Assembly (NCBI RefSeq): GCF_001194135.2
Contig: NC_068981.1
Coordinates: 191,217,865-191,281,864, forward strand
Reading direction: 5' to 3'
Source: Octopus bimaculoides
Lineage: Eukaryota
Length of the DNA stretch: 64,000 nt
The notes below the pieces were generated by a model. It saw nothing but the letters and a program-made list of their open reading frames with translations. It was not told the origin of the DNA and made no database searches. A program made the position numbers and the translations under genes. This document shows, piece by piece, positions 13,326 through 25,691 of this stretch; the first letter of the stretch is position 1, and the number at the start of each line of letters is the position of its first letter.

Positions 13326-13897
13326 CTTTGATCACCTTTATTCCGCAACACTATCTCTAAACTGTGGACCTGTGCCAGTGTTCAGCTGAAATAAACATCA
13401 GAGATGCTTTGTCCCATACTGAAACTGCAGGAGCTACTCAGCGGTATTGCAAGCTGGAAAGCCTTCTGTATCACCAGCAGGTATCTCAGGGTCACAAGTG
13501 TTTCACCCCTTAGCCTGAACTTACACACACACGCACGCACACACATATATATACATATATGTGTGTGCATGCCTTTTTGTTTCCAATTAACAAGATATGT
13601 CACCTGTAGACAGCTAGCAGAACATTTTAAAGAAAGTAATTACTGCACAACTGTAAATTAAATTAGGTCAGATATCTGACCCTATCATGGTGGCATTCTG
13701 ACCCAGTTTTGATCATATTGGTGACAAATTGTCTTGCAAAATGCAGAAACTCTAAAAGTTTGGAGCTGGTCATTAATCATATTGATATTACCAATATTTC
13801 ATGTCCTATTTGTAATTAATTATAAACATCTGAAATTAGCTTGTGTATATAATAGCTCATCCCAGCTAATGTAAACTAATTATACTCTATATAGGCA

Positions 13898-14250
13898 TAG
13901 GCATGGCTGTGTGGTTATACAACTTGCTTTGCAATCAGATGGTTTGGGGTTCAGTCCCATTGCGCAGCACCTCAGGCATATGTCTTCTACTATGCTCCTG
14001 GGTTGCCCAGTTTTTTGTCATTGAATTTGGCAGACAGAAACTGTGGAACTCCATCATATATGTATAATGTGTGTGTGTGTGTGTCTGTGTGTGTGTCTGT
14101 CTGTCTGTCTTTGTGTTTGTGTTCTCTGTCACTTCTTGACAACCAGTACTGGTTTGTTTATATCCACACAGCTTAGCAAAAGAGACCAACAGAATAAATA
14201 AATTAAACTCTTCAAGGCGGTGCCCCAGCACGGCCACAGTCTGAAATATA
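13898..14250 (+). mobile_element. SINE family B
   Basis: Family head through ggcggtgccccagcacggcc tail. Confidence 0.8.
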
Positions 14251-14349
14251 TAAAGAAGACAATATTTTGTGATATTTTTCCAAGGAAAACTGTTTAATTA
14301 AAAATCCAAACACTTTCTTTAACGAACTGTATTATGTCTATTGTCTAAT

Positions 14350-14785
14350 TTTTTCCTTGTTTCAGTCATTGAATTGTGGCCATGCTGGGGCACTGCCTTG
14401 AAGGGTTTAGTCAAGCAAACTGACCCCAGTATTTTTTTTTTAAGTCTGATACTTGTTTTCGCGCTCTCTTTTGCTGAATTAATCAGTTACAGGGATGTAA
14501 GCAAACCANNNNNNNNNNNNNNNNNNNNNNNNNNNNNNNNNNNNNNNNNNNNNNNNNNNNNNNNNNNNNNNNNNNNTACAAAGACTCTCTCACACACACA
14601 CACACACACACACATATACATGATGGGCTTCTACAAAGTCCCTACTTACCAAATTCACTCACAAGGTATTTCTTGACTTGGGACTATCGTAAAAAAAAAA
14701 CACTTACCCCAGGTGCTATGCAGTGGGACTGAACCCAGGACGATGTGATTGCAAAACATGCTTCTTAACCACACAGCCATTCCTG
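14350..14785 (-). mobile_element. SINE family B spanning an assembly gap
   Basis: Tail left of the gap and head right of it. Confidence 0.8.
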
Positions 14786-14800
14786 TGCTTTGGCACATTA

Positions 14801-14995
14801 AAGATGGAGCAGCTTCACAATCACTCAACTTGCTAGAAATAGCAACCATATCTCCTTTAAATCACACTCTGTTGAACTAGAAATTGAAGGGGACATTGGA
14901 TAACAGTCTTTTTCTGCCCCCTATGTTTGAAAAGAATGAGATGAGAACAGTTGGAACACCTTTTGTCATATGCCTGCTCATTATATTTATTTTGT
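14801..14995 (+). repeat. Interspersed repeat family G (unclassified, probably a SINE 3' part)
   Basis: Motifs caacttgctagaaatagc and ggaatgcctttgatc recur at about 52085-52260, 62285-62360, 63040-63170 and 63825-63970. Confidence 0.5.
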
Positions 14996-15465
14996 TCCAT
15001 CCCAGATGCATCCCTTAATGTCTTTCTATTCGGCTTGACTTTGTCTTTCCCCTTTATAAGGCCAATAAAATTTGAACAAACTGAGGTTAAGCTAGAAAAG
15101 TCAAGGTGCTGAACAGTCAGATCAAGCCAAAACCCTCTGCTAGAAAAACAAATATCTTAACTCCACAGTCATGCTTGCATCCATGTCTGTATGATTATGT
15201 ACATATCATTAAATACTTCTTGAGATTGAATAAAGCCATCAGAGCTGGTACACTCTATTTGCATTGATTAAATAACCTCACACACATACACACACACACT
15301 TACCAAAATCTATGCAGTTATTTGCATTCTTCAGATCTGTGCTGTTAAGTTCTTATCAATTTGGTGATTCTGTTTCTATGGAGTCTGAAAGCAAAACATT
15401 TGATGGAATCACACAGAATTAGCAAAGCAGACAAAACTAAGGTAATGTAATTTGTGTGTTTGTGT

Positions 15466-15603
15466 AAATATATATATATATATTTGTCTGTGTGTATGCA
15501 TATCTGTGTGTGTGTGTGTGTGTGTGTGCGTGCATACATGCATGCACAAACATTCACATGCACATATATTTATATCTATATACATATATGCATGAATACA
15601 TAC

Positions 15604-15701
<98 letters not shown>

Positions 15702-15812
15702 TGAATACACACACATATCCACACATATATACACATACATATATATATGTGCATATATGTATGCATATCTATTGTATACTTACACACACATGTGCACACA
15801 CACACACACATA
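15466..15812. repeat. Compound (GT)n/(AT)n/(AC)n microsatellite
   Basis: Directly visible. Confidence 0.95.
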
Positions 15813-15949
15813 GACACACATATTGCTTTTATTATGATACACAAATGGCTGTGTGTGTGAATGCCTGTGCATAGCAGCAGCAGCATTATATTATGCCTGT
15901 TTTTCTCTGCTTGTATGTGTCAGATGGATTTTTTTCAACACAACATCTT

Positions 15950-16700
15950 GCCACTACTTACATTCCATTGTCCATTCTTTTATGACATGCAGCCTCTTTC
16001 ATCACTTTTTCACATCTTCCTCAACATTTCTCTTCCTCAACAGTTCTTTCCGCTTAGATCTCTTGGAACTTCTTGATCATTGTTATACACCTTACATGCC
16101 TGTTCTACCTCAGTGTTCTCTCTAATACACTACATCTAATTTTCTTTATGCACAGGTTCCCTTTCAGTTTGCTTCAACCTCTCTCTTCTTGCACACTAAC
16201 TCATCCAGCAGAACATGCAAACCTTATTTCTTTCAAATCTTTTCCCATTCTCCAATTTCAGTGCTCATGATTCATTATCATACAATATTTTGTACACAAG
16301 CATCATACAATCCACCAGTAGCAGTAATAGCTCTCTGAACTTTTCCCACCTCATTCATACTTTGTCAAGCTTAGCATCTACAACCATTTGTTTTCTTTCC
16401 CATTTTCTGATGAGTATAAAGCCTCTATGGTTTGCATGTTCACCTGATTGGTAGGCAATCAGATGACTGGTCAATTTTTTGAAGTTAACGTTGAAAATGG
16501 TTAAGTCTATTGTATTACAGAATTCCAGGAACTTTGTTCCCTTTTCATTCTTTATATCTTATTCACAGCCTCCATCTATGCTGGAGAAGCTATCGTAATG
16601 GCTTCACCATAATGGTTTCTCCGTTAAAATTGCCAAGTGTGAGAGTGAAATCCACATCATTCATTATCAAGACAGTCTACAGAGAGACCTCATAAAAACA
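15950..16700 (-). mobile_element. Old RTE-clade LINE relic (endonuclease segment joined to ORF2 C-terminal segment)
   Basis: Minus strand gives LGNFNG and KFLEFCNTIDLTIFNVNFKKLTSHLIAYQSG (APE domain), followed by a decayed WGKFRELL-type segment. May extend to about 16990. Confidence 0.6.
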
Positions 16701-17965
16701 GCTCTTCTATTCATCTCTCTCTCCCTCTCTCTCTTGATTATGGTGCGTATGTAGTAATAAATATTACTGTCTTGTCATCCATGACTTAAGTTATCCACTA
16801 CAGTGATAATCTAATTTTTCATTGCTTTATATAGCAGCTGAAAACTCTATGCCATTGATTGTGGAGAAAACCAGATTTGTCTTCTGAGGAATGATCAAAC
16901 TGCAAAATGATGATGGAGAGATATTTGTTTTCTTGTCTCAGACATAATTTCCATATATTATGCAAATGTTAATAGACTGATTGGTGGGTCAGGTGATTTT
17001 TCCAGTCACACTTTACATCATCATATAAAGTGGAATGTCTTCTTAGCTGATAAGAGCAGATTCACGTCAAAGTTTTATGACTTATTAGACTGCTATCCAG
17101 GTAATATCGTCCGTTGATGAAGGGGGACAACAATGAACATCGTGTATGAATGTTTGAGTTCTGCTGTAGTGTGGGGAACCTCACGGCAGAGATTCCTCCC
17201 CATGCATTCCAGGAAACCACCATTTACATCCTTCTACGGTTCCTGTCATGCATTGCTAATAACGTCTGACAAGGGAGATAACTCCCTATCTATAAACCCC
17301 ATGGTGCATCTCAGAATATCACACCTCTACCCTTCTCAGTTTGGAACATAGTTCCCTAGGTAAAGTGGATAGAGAGTAAAAGAGGGGAATATAGAGTAAA
17401 AGAGTTATAGAGAGAGAGTTAAAATAAGAAGAGGTGCTGCAGGATGAGTGCATGAGTAAGAGGAGGAGGAGTAAATGGCAGCGTAGTTACGAGAGGAGTT
17501 CTACAAATGAGAAATTTGTTTTACTTAATTTTATTTCAAGGTAATAGATATTTTTCTATTGATAATTATTCATTTCATCATTTTATATGAGCACCAAGAA
17601 ATTTGATAAAAGTTAAATTATAATTATTATATATATATGCTACATTTCTCAATATTATTATTGCCCGTGGTGTAAGACGGTGGGTCAGCAGAATCATTAG
17701 CATGCCGGGCAAAATTCTTAGCAGCATTTTGACCGTCTTTACTTTCTGTGTTCAAATTCGACTGAAGTTGACTTTACATGTCATCCTTTCAGGGTCACTA
17801 AAGTAAGTACCAGTTGAGTACCGGGGTCAGTGTAATCAACTTACCCCCTCCCCCAACATTGCTGGCCTTGTGCCAAACTTTGAAACCAATATTAGCCAAA
17901 GTGTTAAAAGTTTACTTTGAGAATTATTTGTTATAGACTGGTAATGTTCTAGTGTTTTATCTTCT

Positions 17966-18174
17966 ATCTTTTACTTGATAATAAAAGATAGAAGACTGCG
18001 GTCATGCTGGGGCACCACCCTGAAGAAGTTTTAGTCAAATAAATCAACCCCAGAATTTTTTTTTTTTAAGCCTGGTACTTATTCTATCAGTCTCTTTTGC
18101 TGAACCACTAAGTTACAGGGATGTAAGCACAAGAACAGCAGTTGTCAAGCAGTGATGGGGGACAAACACACACA

Positions 18175-18234
<60 letters not shown>

Positions 18235-18692
18235 AGGTTATGAAGGGTATTGGATTCAACCAAACCCAAAGATACAGGTAATACCAAGTAAGTGCTGTAT
18301 ACCGGCTAGTTTTGCCCCTTTCGCTGTATAAACATGAGTGGGGATTATAACATAGGTCGTGTATTAGCGTGTGTATGTATAAAGAGAGAAAAGGATAAAG
18401 AGAACAATGGCAAAGTTAGAAATATATTTTATGGATNNNNNNNNNNNNNNNNNNNNNNNNNNNNNNNNNNNNNNNNNNNNNNNNNNNNNNNNNNNNNNNN
18501 NNNNNNNNNNNNNNNNNNNNNNNNNNNNNNNNNNNNNNNNNNNNNNNNNNNNNNNNNNNNNNNNNNNNNNNNNNNNNNNNNNNNNNNNNNNNNNNNNNNN
18601 NNNNNNNNNNNNNNNNNNNNNNNNNNNNNNNNNNNNNNNNNNNNNNNNNNNNNNNNNNNNNNNNNNNNNNNNNNNNNNNNNNNNNNNNNNNN

Positions 18693-18739
<47 letters not shown>

Positions 18740-18890
18740 CAGGCTTCTTTCAGTTTCCATCTACCAAATCCATTCACAAGATCTTTGGTTGGCCCAAGGC
18801 TATAGTAGAAAACATTTGCCCAAGGTGCCATACAGTGGGACTGAACTCTGAAGAGAAGCAAACTTCTTACCACACAGCCATACCTGCACC
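17966..18890 (-). mobile_element. SINE family B 3' half (17966-18215) and head (18737-18890) separated by unrelated sequence and a gap
   Basis: Family tail and head motifs in the same orientation; may be one interrupted copy or two copies. Confidence 0.6.
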
Positions 18891-19426
18891 TTTTACAAAT
18901 TTTCTTTTATATTTTTGTTCTTCTGCAAGAATTTTGATCTGAAACCGAAATTGTTATATTTTGGAAGAATAATATCATTGAAGCTTACAAGTACCCTCAC
19001 TGGTTGTTTTTGTCTGTAATTTTCCTCCCTGCCAACCCAGTGGCGTCTTCATCATCCTCCATATTCCACTGGTTCTTTATGTCATCAACCCAAAAGAATG
19101 ACAAACTAAGAGTGTTTGTATTATTCTCATAGAATATATCAAAGCAATGATGGATGCAAGCGTCTGACTAAATGGTTAAGAAAGTTATAGGACTGGTTTG
19201 GTGGAAAATGGTTTAGTGGGGGAAAGACCAAAATTATAGACACTGTAGCAACTGGTGAGTGTGTTTATAAACTAAATGACTCTTCCCAAATAAAACAATA
19301 ATGGGTTTGTAATGCAATAATGGCTTCTTGATACAGTAATGGGTTCTTTATACAATTTGTTTGTAATTAAATGCTTTACACAATTGATGAACAAAGAGAA
19401 AAAAATGTCAATCCTTTAAAGCAGAA

Positions 19427-19429
<3 letters not shown>

Positions 19430-19492
<63 letters not shown>
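19430..19492. repeat. (AG)n microsatellite
   Basis: Directly visible. Similar CT/GA tracts at 727-841, 32794-32861 and 53802-53833. Confidence 0.95.
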
Positions 19493-19495
<3 letters not shown>

Positions 19496-20974
19496 AATTG
19501 CTCTGTAATAGTGAGATATTGAATTAGATTGACAACTTAGTAGGTGACTTTCTTACTTTTTGGTGAGTTTGGTGAGAGAAAACGAAATAAATGGGTGTTG
19601 TTGGCTCCATTAATTGCTTTTAACTTGTGATTTGATCTAATTTATTATTTTGTTTTTCATCATGCTGCCTAGTTTAAGGAAAGGAAATATTACTCAGATT
19701 CTAGAAAACACATATGACTTTGCAGTGGTGGTGGTGATGGTGGTGGTGGTGGCGGCAGCAGTGGCGGCAACAGTGGCAGCGGCAGCAGCAACAGTAGTAG
19801 TAGTAGTAGTTAAGGTGGATTAATAGAAACGTTAGATTGTCAAGCTAAAAATTGTCATTCAGTATTGAGTAAAAGCCTGAAGGTTGTGAGTTCATATCTC
19901 ACTGCGGTTGATTTTGTTTCTCATCCTATTAAGGTCAATGACAAAAAAAATTGGGGCACCAGTCAGTAGCATTGACTAACCTCCAGCCCTCAGGAGTTGT
20001 GGATCTTGTAGCTAAATGAGAAATTATCATTATTTTTGAGCATTTCTTCCATTCTGAGTTTTAAAAAAAACCCAACCAGGTCTACTTTGCCTTTCATCCT
20101 TTTGGGGTTGACATAATAAACTAAACTCTTCCCCCCACAATTGCTGGCCTTGTGCCAAAATTAGAATTATCACCATCATCATCATTATTATCATGAACCA
20201 TTATTGTCACATTTATTTGTTTTCGTGCTCTGAAAAGAGGAGACAGTCGTCGGAATGTGATTCCTAGCTAAGTGGAAGATCTGCTTTCGCCAGTATAGAT
20301 TCTTGATGAAACCCAATAACTGGAGCCCTTTTTGAGATCTTTAGCTAAGTGCTGCTCATCAGATGCAATAATGTTTTCTTGATATGCGTAGTGGTTATGT
20401 TTCCTTCCTTTTGAAAAGAACATAGTTACCATATCCCTCACTGAAGGATGTTTGCTACATATCTGTTCATAGAGTCAGTGTGAGTTTTAAATATTTATCC
20501 AATTTCATGCCATTAGCCAATTCCAGTTATTTCCCCAACTCATTTTGTAAAAGGTTCTACAAGGGAATTTTTTTTTTTTGCATGAATGTTTGCTGGAAAA
20601 GACTGTAGGATAGTATACAGCATGACACAATGCAAGCTAGCCCAATTATTATATCATCTGAACATGACACTTATAGTAGCTCACATTTAAATCCTATCCT
20701 TGTAAAATCTTTTCTACCCTAGGAACAAGGCCCAGAATTTTGGGGAAGAGGGTCAGTCAATTAGATCAACCTCAGTATGCAACTACTACTTAATTTATCA
20801 ACCCCGAAAGGATGAAAGGCAAAGTCGACCTCGGCAGAATTTGAACTCAGAACGTAAAGGCAGATGAAATACCGCTAAGCATCTTACCTGGCATGCTAAT
20901 GTTTCTGCCTTAGTCTTTGTTAATATTTACATGTGTCTGTATGCTTGTGTGTGTGTGTATTAATGTATATGTGT

Positions 20975-21232
20975 ATATGATTTGGTAGATGGAAACTGAA
21001 AGAAGCCCATCATGTGTGTGTGTTTGTCCCCCACCTCCACTACTGCTTTGACAACCGGTGTTGGTATGTTTATGTCCCTGTACCTTAGCAGTTCAGCAAA
21101 GTGACTCATAGAATAAGTACTAGGTTTTAAAAGAAAAAGTCCTGGGGTCAATTTATTCAACTAAAATCCTTCGAGGTGGTACCACAGCATGGCCGCAGTC
21201 AAATGACTGAAACTAGTAAAAGATAAAAGATA
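20975..21232 (+). mobile_element. SINE family B, head-less
   Basis: gatttggtagatggaaactgaaagaagccc...gcatggccgcagtcaaatgactgaaac. Confidence 0.8.
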
Positions 21233-21900
21233 TGTACATATATGTATGTGCATATGTATAAATGCATACGTATGTATATGTTGCCAGTGCCGCCTGAATG
21301 GCACCTATGCTGGTGGCACATAAAAGCACCCATTACACTCTCGGAGTAGTTGGTGTTAGGAAGGGCATCCAGCTGTAGAAACCTTGCCAAATCAGATGGG
21401 AGCCTGGTGCAGCCACTCATCTTACCGTTCAACCCATGCCAGCATGGAAAGTAGACATTAAACAACGACGATGATGATGATTCTGATGTTTCCTAAATTG
21501 GATAAACTGCACTTATCTTCACTTGGTAATAGTAGTTCTGCTGTTTAGTTGTTAATCTCTAAAGTACAGCATTAATTCTAGTTAACAGTTTCTCTGTGAT
21601 TTGGCAACAAGTCAGAGGTTTGAAATCATATTTTATTTCAGTTTAATTTCCTTGCTAAGAAGAGGAATAAGTTTTACTTGACAGCATTTCATAAAATTTT
21701 GTAAAATTTCTGAAATGTTATTTTATCAATTTTATTAGCTGCTTTTTTTTATTATTTTAACTATCGCTAGTTTTGCAGGGGTTAGTTTTTTTCTCCCCGT
21801 ATTTTTCCTTTTCTTATCATAAAATTTGTCAATCATCATAAACTAAAGTTTTCTGTGATGTTTTGGTAGTGACTTCTCAAATTCACTTTGTAAATACACT

Positions 21901-22129
21901 TCAACCCTTTCATTACTGTATTTATTTGGAGATGCTCCATGTTTCTTTCAATTACGTTAAATATAACAAAGGATTTAGTAAAATAACTTAGTTATCATTC
22001 AGCTAATGTTAGGAGCATAAATTGTGACTAAGGTTTGGTGGAAGATTTTAATTAAGAACTTTTGAAAACAAGACATTTGCACTATTGAACCTCAGACAGT
22101 TTCAGCCAGGTTGGTATCAAAAGGGTTAA
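21901..22129 (+). mobile_element. piggyBac-type MITE
   Basis: Termini t(c)aa-CCCTTT and AAAGGG-ttaa; same internal sequence as the other copies. Confidence 0.75.
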
Positions 22130-22141
22130 ATTAATCATTTG

Positions 22142-22313
22142 TTAACCCTTTTGTTACTATATTTCTGTTGAGATGTTTTGTGTTTCTTTCAATTAATTTT
22201 AAATATAACAAAGAATTTAGTAAAATCACTTAGCTATCATTCAGCTAGTGTTAGGAACATTTGTACTGCAGAGCCAAAGCTGGTTTCAGTCAGGTTGGTA
22301 ACGAAAGGGTTAA
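22142..22313 (+). mobile_element. piggyBac-type MITE, internally deleted tandem copy
   Basis: ttaa-CCCTTT...AAAGGG-ttaa, 12 bp downstream of the previous copy. Confidence 0.75.
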
Positions 22314-23424
22314 CATAAAAATGTCTATTTTCATCATTATTTTATTGTTTTTAATGATAATAAATATATCATAAATATACAGCTGTGTGGTTTAGAAGCT
22401 CACTTTGCAATCAGCCCAATTTCAACAGTACATATTCACAAAACTTTTAATACATTGAAGCTTTTAGGAGGCCTAACTTCACATATAGGTCCCAGGGTGA
22501 TGGTTCTTTTTTTTGGGGGGGGGGACATTTTGGCAGGAAAAATGGCGGATATGCCATCAGATATGGCAATGTGTGTTTGTAAACCGAGACCCATTTCTGT
22601 GCCAGTTGCATATTTTCAAAATAATATAGTCACTTGAACATAGTTGAGCTTACATAACTCCGTACAAGAGAATTGTGGCAACCAGAGTTTATAGTGGTAA
22701 TCAGCCTAATTATTTACTAGTGTCATCTTTTGTGTTGTCTTCATAAATAATTACATCATTTATTTAAGTGTGAAATCTTTAAATAACTTTCAATAGAAAC
22801 TTGTCTTTCAAATATTTTCCTCTGCTTTTTTTGTTGTTTCTTTTTTTGTGATGGTATTTACACTTCCATCATCTTCTTCATTGAGTGTTCTTGTAATTAA
22901 TTACGTGTGTATGAGTGTGTGTGTGTGTGTGTTATAGTTTTTTTATTTATTAAAATGTGATATAAATTTGCTTGTTCATTTTCCATTTCTCCCCAATTAT
23001 TAAGGGTTGTATCATTTTGAATTGGCAATGAACAAAATGTCTTTTGAGAACAAAAATCACTTTTAGAAAATATAATCAACCATATCTTTATGTTTTGAAT
23101 TATAATTCAATATATTTTCAATATATTTTCAACATGTGATAAATTTTATGCTGTTGATTTTCATTGATTTAAAAAAAAAAAGAAGTGTTTAATTGGTTGA
23201 ATATGTCCATAACATAATTCTATGAATTCTCAAAGCTATTCTAACAAGTTTTATATTTATTTATTGTTTTCTGTCTGTCTGTGCGATAAAAACTCAAAAC
23301 TATTTCAGATAGTTTTGTTTTCTCAATATTCATGCAACTTTAATTTCAAATTAGTTACTGACAAAACCAGTGAATATCATACATTTAAATTAGTTTTTCA
23401 AAAAAGGAAGATGTTTATTTAAGG

Positions 23425-23669
23425 TAACGGTTGTCAACCAGGAACCATATGATCCTTAGAGGTCCATATAAGATTTGGTTGTTAAAGTTTATGTGCAATA
23501 AATTGATTATATGTCTACAATACATACAATATTTTAACAATTTTCTCAACAGATTTCTAATGACATATAATTAAAAATTTTACTAGGGGGTTTTTAAACA
23601 TCGAATAGCTGTGAGGGTCCATCCAAGTAAAATAGGAACTAAAGGGGTCAAAATGGTTGAAAACCACTG
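23425..23669 (+). mobile_element. hAT-type MITE
   Basis: 8-bp TSD atttaagg at 23417-24 and 23670-77; 3' TIR ggttgaaaaccactg. Confidence 0.75.
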
Positions 23670-24610
23670 ATTTAAGGTGTGCTTGTATCATCATCATCAT
23701 CGTCATCATTTAACGTCTGCTTGCCATGCGGACCAAATTCCACTTACTTGTAAGTGGAATTTGGTTGATAGAAACTGTGGAAGCCTGACAAATATGTATG
23801 TGCTTTTGTGTTTCCCCTGCCCACTACTTAAGTCCTCATAACCTAGCAGTTTGGCAAAAGTGACTGATAGAACAGGGTTAATTTGTGACTAAAACCTTCT
23901 GGACAGTGCCCTAGCATGGCTGTAGTCCAGTGTCTGAAACAAGTACAAGATATATCTCTGGTAATCTTTTAAGCTGCATTTTCTAATTGGTTTTGTTAAA
24001 TTTTTCATCAGTTTTTTCAGTTTTCAAATTTAAAATTTATGCAAATTTCAAATCATAAGAATTAAATATTTCATGATGTGAGTGTGTGTGTATGTGTGCA
24101 TTCTGTCTCGGGAAACTTCATTTGACCAAAGGCAAACAAAATTACTACTTAATTTCACAAAACTGTCTCTGCTGTATCTTCTGGGAAATTAATTGATTTC
24201 ACTATTGAGTCTAGTAGACATTTTAAACTCTTTTTTCTTTTTCTTGATCTATTTAAATCATGTATACTCCAGTATCGTTCATTATTATCAAAGAAGATTA
24301 GCTTTCAAAAGCTTATCATTTGAATGAAATTGAAAAAAGTCCATTTCTAATAACTAACTTCTTGGTATGTCTGTGAATACTGAATGTTTCCATTCTTATT
24401 TGAAAGAATATTTTTATTTCTGAGATTAGTTTCTCTCAGTATGAAATTATATTTGAGTATAGAGTTTAAAAAATCATCTTTTTTAAGAATATTTTCTATC
24501 CTCATTGACGATTCAAAACATGTAATGACTTTTAATTATGTATGTCTCTTCTCTTGAGAGAAGGAAGTGATACACATAATTTTGTTTTTCAGTCATGAAA
24601 ATATGAATGT

Positions 24611-24653
<43 letters not shown>

Positions 24654-24989
24654 TGTGGGTGTGTGTATGCGTATGCTAGGGTATGCAGTCATCATCATCA
24701 TCATCATTATTTGACATCCGTTATACATGCTGCCATGAGTTGGATGGTTTGACAAAGAGCTGGCAAACTGGAGAGCTGCCTCAGGCTCCCACTGTCTGTT
24801 TTGGCAAGGTTTCTACAGTTAGGTGCCCTTCCTAACAACCACCCCCCCCCCTCTTTACAGAGCAAACTGAGTGCTTTGCATATGGCACCAGCAGGGATGC
24901 AGTTCTATACTTAAGAGATGAAGAATTATGTACATTTTTTTTACATTATTTACATTTGACAGATATTTGTCCTCATCTTGTTTGTTGTT

Positions 24990-25035
24990 AACACAACGTT
25001 TCAACTGATATACCCTCCAGCCTTCATCAGGTGTC
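24990..25035 (-). ncRNA. Minimal type I hammerhead ribozyme motif, core intact
   Basis: GACAC-CUGAUGA-A-GGCUG(GAGGGUAUAU)CAGUU-GAAA-CG-UU-GUGUU: stem I GACAC/GUGUU, stem II GGCUG/CAGUU, palindromic ACGU stem III, GUU cleavage triplet. Confidence 0.6.
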
Positions 25036-25095
25036 TTGAGGAAATTTTGAACTTGGTTTTTCATTCCTAAGGTATCTTTCAATTCCAGGCAGTGA

Positions 25096-25137
<42 letters not shown>

Positions 25138-25192
25138 CAACAACATTGAAAAATACCTTAGGAATGAGAACCCAGGTTCAAAATTTCTCCAA

Positions 25193-25238
25193 GACACCTG
25201 ATGAAGGCTGGAGAGTATATCAGTCAAAATGTTGTGTT
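25193..25238 (+). ncRNA. Degenerate copy of the same hammerhead motif
   Basis: GACAC-CUGAUGA-A-GGCUG...CAGUC-AAAA-UG-UU-GUGUU: the GAAAC core is changed to AAAAU, consistent with CpG decay. Confidence 0.5.
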
Positions 25239-25380
25239 AACAACAAACAAGATGAGGACAAATATCTGTCAAATGTAAATAATGTACTAGTAAATGTAAA
25301 TAATGTACAAGTTTTTTACATGACGCCAGCAGAACATCTCAACAGAAATATGGTGACAAAAGGGTTAACAAATGATTAAT

Positions 25381-25691
25381 TTAACCCTTTTGATACCAAC
25401 CCGCCTGAAACCAGCTCTGGCTCTGTAGTACAAATGTTTTGTTTTCATAAGTTTTGAATTAAAATCTTCCATCAAACCTTAGTCACAATTTATGTTCCTA
25501 ACACTAGCTGAATGATAACTCAGTTCATCATCATCATCATCATCATCGTTTAACATCTGTTTTCCATGCTGGCATGGGTTGGACGGTTCGACTGGGGTCT
25601 GGGAAGCCAGGAGGCTGCACCAGGCCCCAGTCTGATCTGGCAGAAAGAAACACAGAGCATCTCAAAATAAATACAGTAACGAAAGGGTTAA
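25381..25691 (-). mobile_element. piggyBac-type MITE containing a SINE-A tail insertion
   Basis: TTAA-CCCTTT termini on both sides with a SINE-A fragment at 25526-25641. A further MITE end lies at 25325-25368. Confidence 0.75.

Larger units (their letters stand above)
24942..25286. mobile_element. Penelope-like element terminal repeats in inverted orientation (arms 24942-25083 and 25145-25286) around an (AAT)n/(AAC)n spacer
   Basis: The 142-bp arms are near reverse complements and each carries a ctgatgaag...gaaac hammerhead-type motif typical of PLE termini. Confidence 0.7.

Noticed and set aside
19724-19810. GGT/GGC/AGC/AGT run resembling poly-Gly/Ser coding sequence
   Set aside because: No open frame or splice sites around it; a graded trinucleotide microsatellite.
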